The notes under the pieces: generated by a model
What the model was told of the DNA's origin: nothing
The model's input: only the letters and a program-made list of their open reading frames with translations
The model's database searches: none
NCBI GenBank assembly: GCA_965153455.1
Contig: OZ234493.1
Location: 5,394,001 to 5,458,000 of the forward strand
Origin: Sphagnum compactum
Lineage: Eukaryota
DNA: 64,000 bases
Direction: 5' to 3'
In this document: positions 61,506 to 64,000 of the stretch, piece by piece
Position numbering within the stretch: the stretch's first letter is position 1
Layout of the letters: each line of letters starts with the position of its first letter
Position numbers and translations under genes: made by a program

Positions 61506-62415
61506 TCTCTTTAAGGAGGTAGTTTGTTTGCTTTGTTTATTTGTCACAATGAGATCTCCCAAACCACAATACCCTTTGTTGCCATTCTTGGCATTCTTGG
61601 AAAGGCCTCCATAAGTAAGGGTGTACCAAGGTGACTTGGTGGTGTTTAGACTTACAATGCAAGAGTTATTGAACATTGAACAATTCCAAAAAAAAGAATT
61701 CAAAAAAATCAAAACTAAATATCTTAGGAAAATTGGGGCCAGCTCAAGGTGTTGTTCGAAAGCCCTTGACAAATTTGGCATTTGGAAACCTCAAATAAAT
61801 TGGAGGTGATTTTGTAAATTTTAGACCATAGGGTGGGGTGGAGTGGAGAGATTTAATTTTGAGTGTTTTTTCATCAATGAAAATTCATTTTATTTTTAAA
61901 ATATTTTTTTCACAATTGAGCTTTATTGTCAAGGTCCTATTCACACTTGGGTTGAGGCACTAGCCACACTAGTCTATCTATTAAAGAAGGTAGATTATTT
62001 GTTTTGTTGGTTTGTCACATTGAGATTTCTCAAATCACAATGCCCCCATCACACTCTCGATACCATTGGAAATCCCTCAATGAGTACGGGTGCATTGAAA
62101 TGGTTTCATTATGTTTAGACCTATAATACAATAATTATTGAATATTGAACAATTTTTTCAAATAAAAAGCTTTAAAAAAACTTTAAAAAACTAGAAAAAT
62201 TGGGGCAAGCTCTTGGTATTCTTGGTATTGTTGGAAAGCCCTTGATGAGTCGTGTGGAGGTGATTTCATAATCTTTAGACCTTAGACATGATAGATATTG
62301 AATTTTGAGGAGTTTTTGTCATTGGAAGTTTTAATTAAATTACAAAAACTGATTATGAAAGGAAAGATTAGTTGAGTAACGAGTTCACAATCGGGCCAAT
62401 GGCATAAATCACATA
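61506..62415 (+). mobile_element. Two tandem copies of the non-autonomous Helitron-like family (same family as 14358-14871)
   Basis: Copy 1 ~61506-61972 ends GCCACACTAG. Copy 2 starts immediately with TCTATCTATTAAAGAAGG (61973) and ends ~62415. Both share TTTGTTT..TTTGTCACA.TGAGAT.TC.CAAA.CACAAT and GAAAGCCCTTGA. Confidence 0.7.
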
Positions 62416-64000
62416 AATTTTTGTCATTAAATGGGCAATTTGCTCATTGTTTGCATATAGCCTAAAAATCCATTCAGTATTGTTATGAAGGGTAAATCAT
62501 TAGCCCAAAATTAGAATTTTCAGCCACAACAAATTGAAGGATCAAAAACTAGTTGTGACCAAAAAAGGAGCATTTGGCGTTCTCGTTGTGCTTGGGCAGT
62601 CATTAAATTTTTCAGATGTATGACCGATGCTCCAAGTATAAGAAGCGAAAGACATAATTTATTTATCACAGCCCTAAACCGTAACATTACCCAGTCAATC
62701 AATAAAATATTCTTGGACAAATTCAACACCCGACCCATCTGATTTTGTCTTATGTAACCGTCCAGAGATTCTTATTCTGGACTCAAAATTGAATTCAGAA
62801 GGTCAGTTTACCCCCAATATATTCATATGTGCACATAGCTTCTTTTTTTTTTTCCCCTAACTGCCCTAGGTGCCCAGCAATTTTGCGGTCAGCTTGGAAT
62901 GTAACCTAGTAGTTCATTGAAGTTCAGATGCCTGGATGTGTCATAATTTACTCGACTTACTTACGATCGTTGCACACCAACACAAGGAAGGACCATACTA
63001 GAGCCGAGAGTTAGTTTAACCATACTTCTTATACTACTTAAGTTGAGTTAAACTACTAGATGTAGTAACCCTGGTGGGCCTCTACAAGGTGGATTTTCCG
63101 TTGAATCATTCTTGAGTATCAATGTGGGACCGACCTTCCTTCCTTCCTTTGGGCAACTCTTCCTCATCCAACTTGAAGTAACTAGTTTGGTGGAGAAGCA
63201 TGATGTATTTATTATATAGTCTGGATGAAGAACCTTTGTTGGGTGAGTGACAGCAACAAACAATTTGTGTGTGAGTTGTGGAATGTTGCTCAAAGAGTAC
63301 GTACATCCACCCACACTCTGCCTGCATGTGGGTGCCATGAATGTGTAACCACATCCAAATTAGTGTACAAGTTAATAACTCTCGACGACCTCACGGGGTC
63401 ATCCATCATCATGAAATTCTGGATCGTGTAGAGTGAGGATTAGTTGAAAGCCATCCATCTCATGGGCCACACACATTCTGACCGAGCAATCAAAGTTGAT
63501 CACAGTTCATTACAAGAGAGAGAGAGAGAGCACATTTGGAGCACGTCCACGGAAATTGGGAATCTGGGTTTGCATCATTGTTTCTTACATCCATGATTAC
63601 TTATTTTAAGTATCTCAAGTCTCACCCCCATAAACTTGAAAATGGGAGTTTGCTAAAACCATCTCCACCCCACACCAGCAAACACCGCTCTTCATGAAAT
63701 CTTGCACGAGGGTAGCAAGCACAAATCCCTGCTGCTCTCCAGTGTTAATGGTCCATTTTGCAGTGGTCATTTTAACCGCTTGAAAAGCTTTTTTTCACCC
63801 ACCCATGGATTTGGACAAGGACTATTACTTGCCCAGATGTAAAGAGAGAAATGATGGTCTTTGAGAGTTTAAAGGGACTTTGATGACATTTTGTGGGTGG
63901 ACACAGTGATCATCACTAAACAGGATTTCATTCTAAAATAAAGGAGATGTTTGCCCTAATGGGATGGAGATGCTCTCTCTAATAGCAAAGCAAGTGAACC

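Noticed and set aside
63510-63535. ACAAGAGAGAGAGAGAGAGCAC resembling miR535/miR156-529 or their target site
   Set aside because: The AG run is too long to align and no close hairpin arm exists; it is a simple microsatellite.
58800-64000. GC-richer patches at 58.8-59.6, 60.7-61.2 and 63.0-64.0 kb as possible exons of a further gene
   Set aside because: No recognisable protein motif or consistent splice chain; may be UTR of a gene beyond the window.

Overview
Eukaryotic plant nuclear DNA. The gene structures and AT-rich repeat landscape suggest a bryophyte, possibly Sphagnum (inference from style, not a database hit). Five intact protein-coding genes can be assembled by hand, each with a consistent reading frame: (1) mitochondrial complex I 51-kDa subunit (+, 4 exons); (2) an intronless GT47/exostosin glycosyltransferase of the MUR3/XLT2 type (-); (3) a 27-exon organellar valyl-tRNA synthetase (-), lying head-to-head 400 bp from (4) the ATP12/ATPAF2 F1 assembly factor (+, one GC-AG intron); and (5) mitochondrial-type lipoyl synthase (+, 6 exons). 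The intergenic space holds decayed transposons. The most interesting are fossils of an apparent rolling-circle element family with Pif1 helicase plus C-terminal AP endonuclease and possibly an OTU protease (Helentron-like architecture), small TC...CTAG non-autonomous Helitrons including a head-to-tail junction, and a Ty3/gypsy fossil whose integrase ends in a PHD finger. There is also a solo LTR and many minisatellites, several apparently derived from neighbouring coding or splice-site sequence. No tRNA, rRNA or CRISPR array is supportable.
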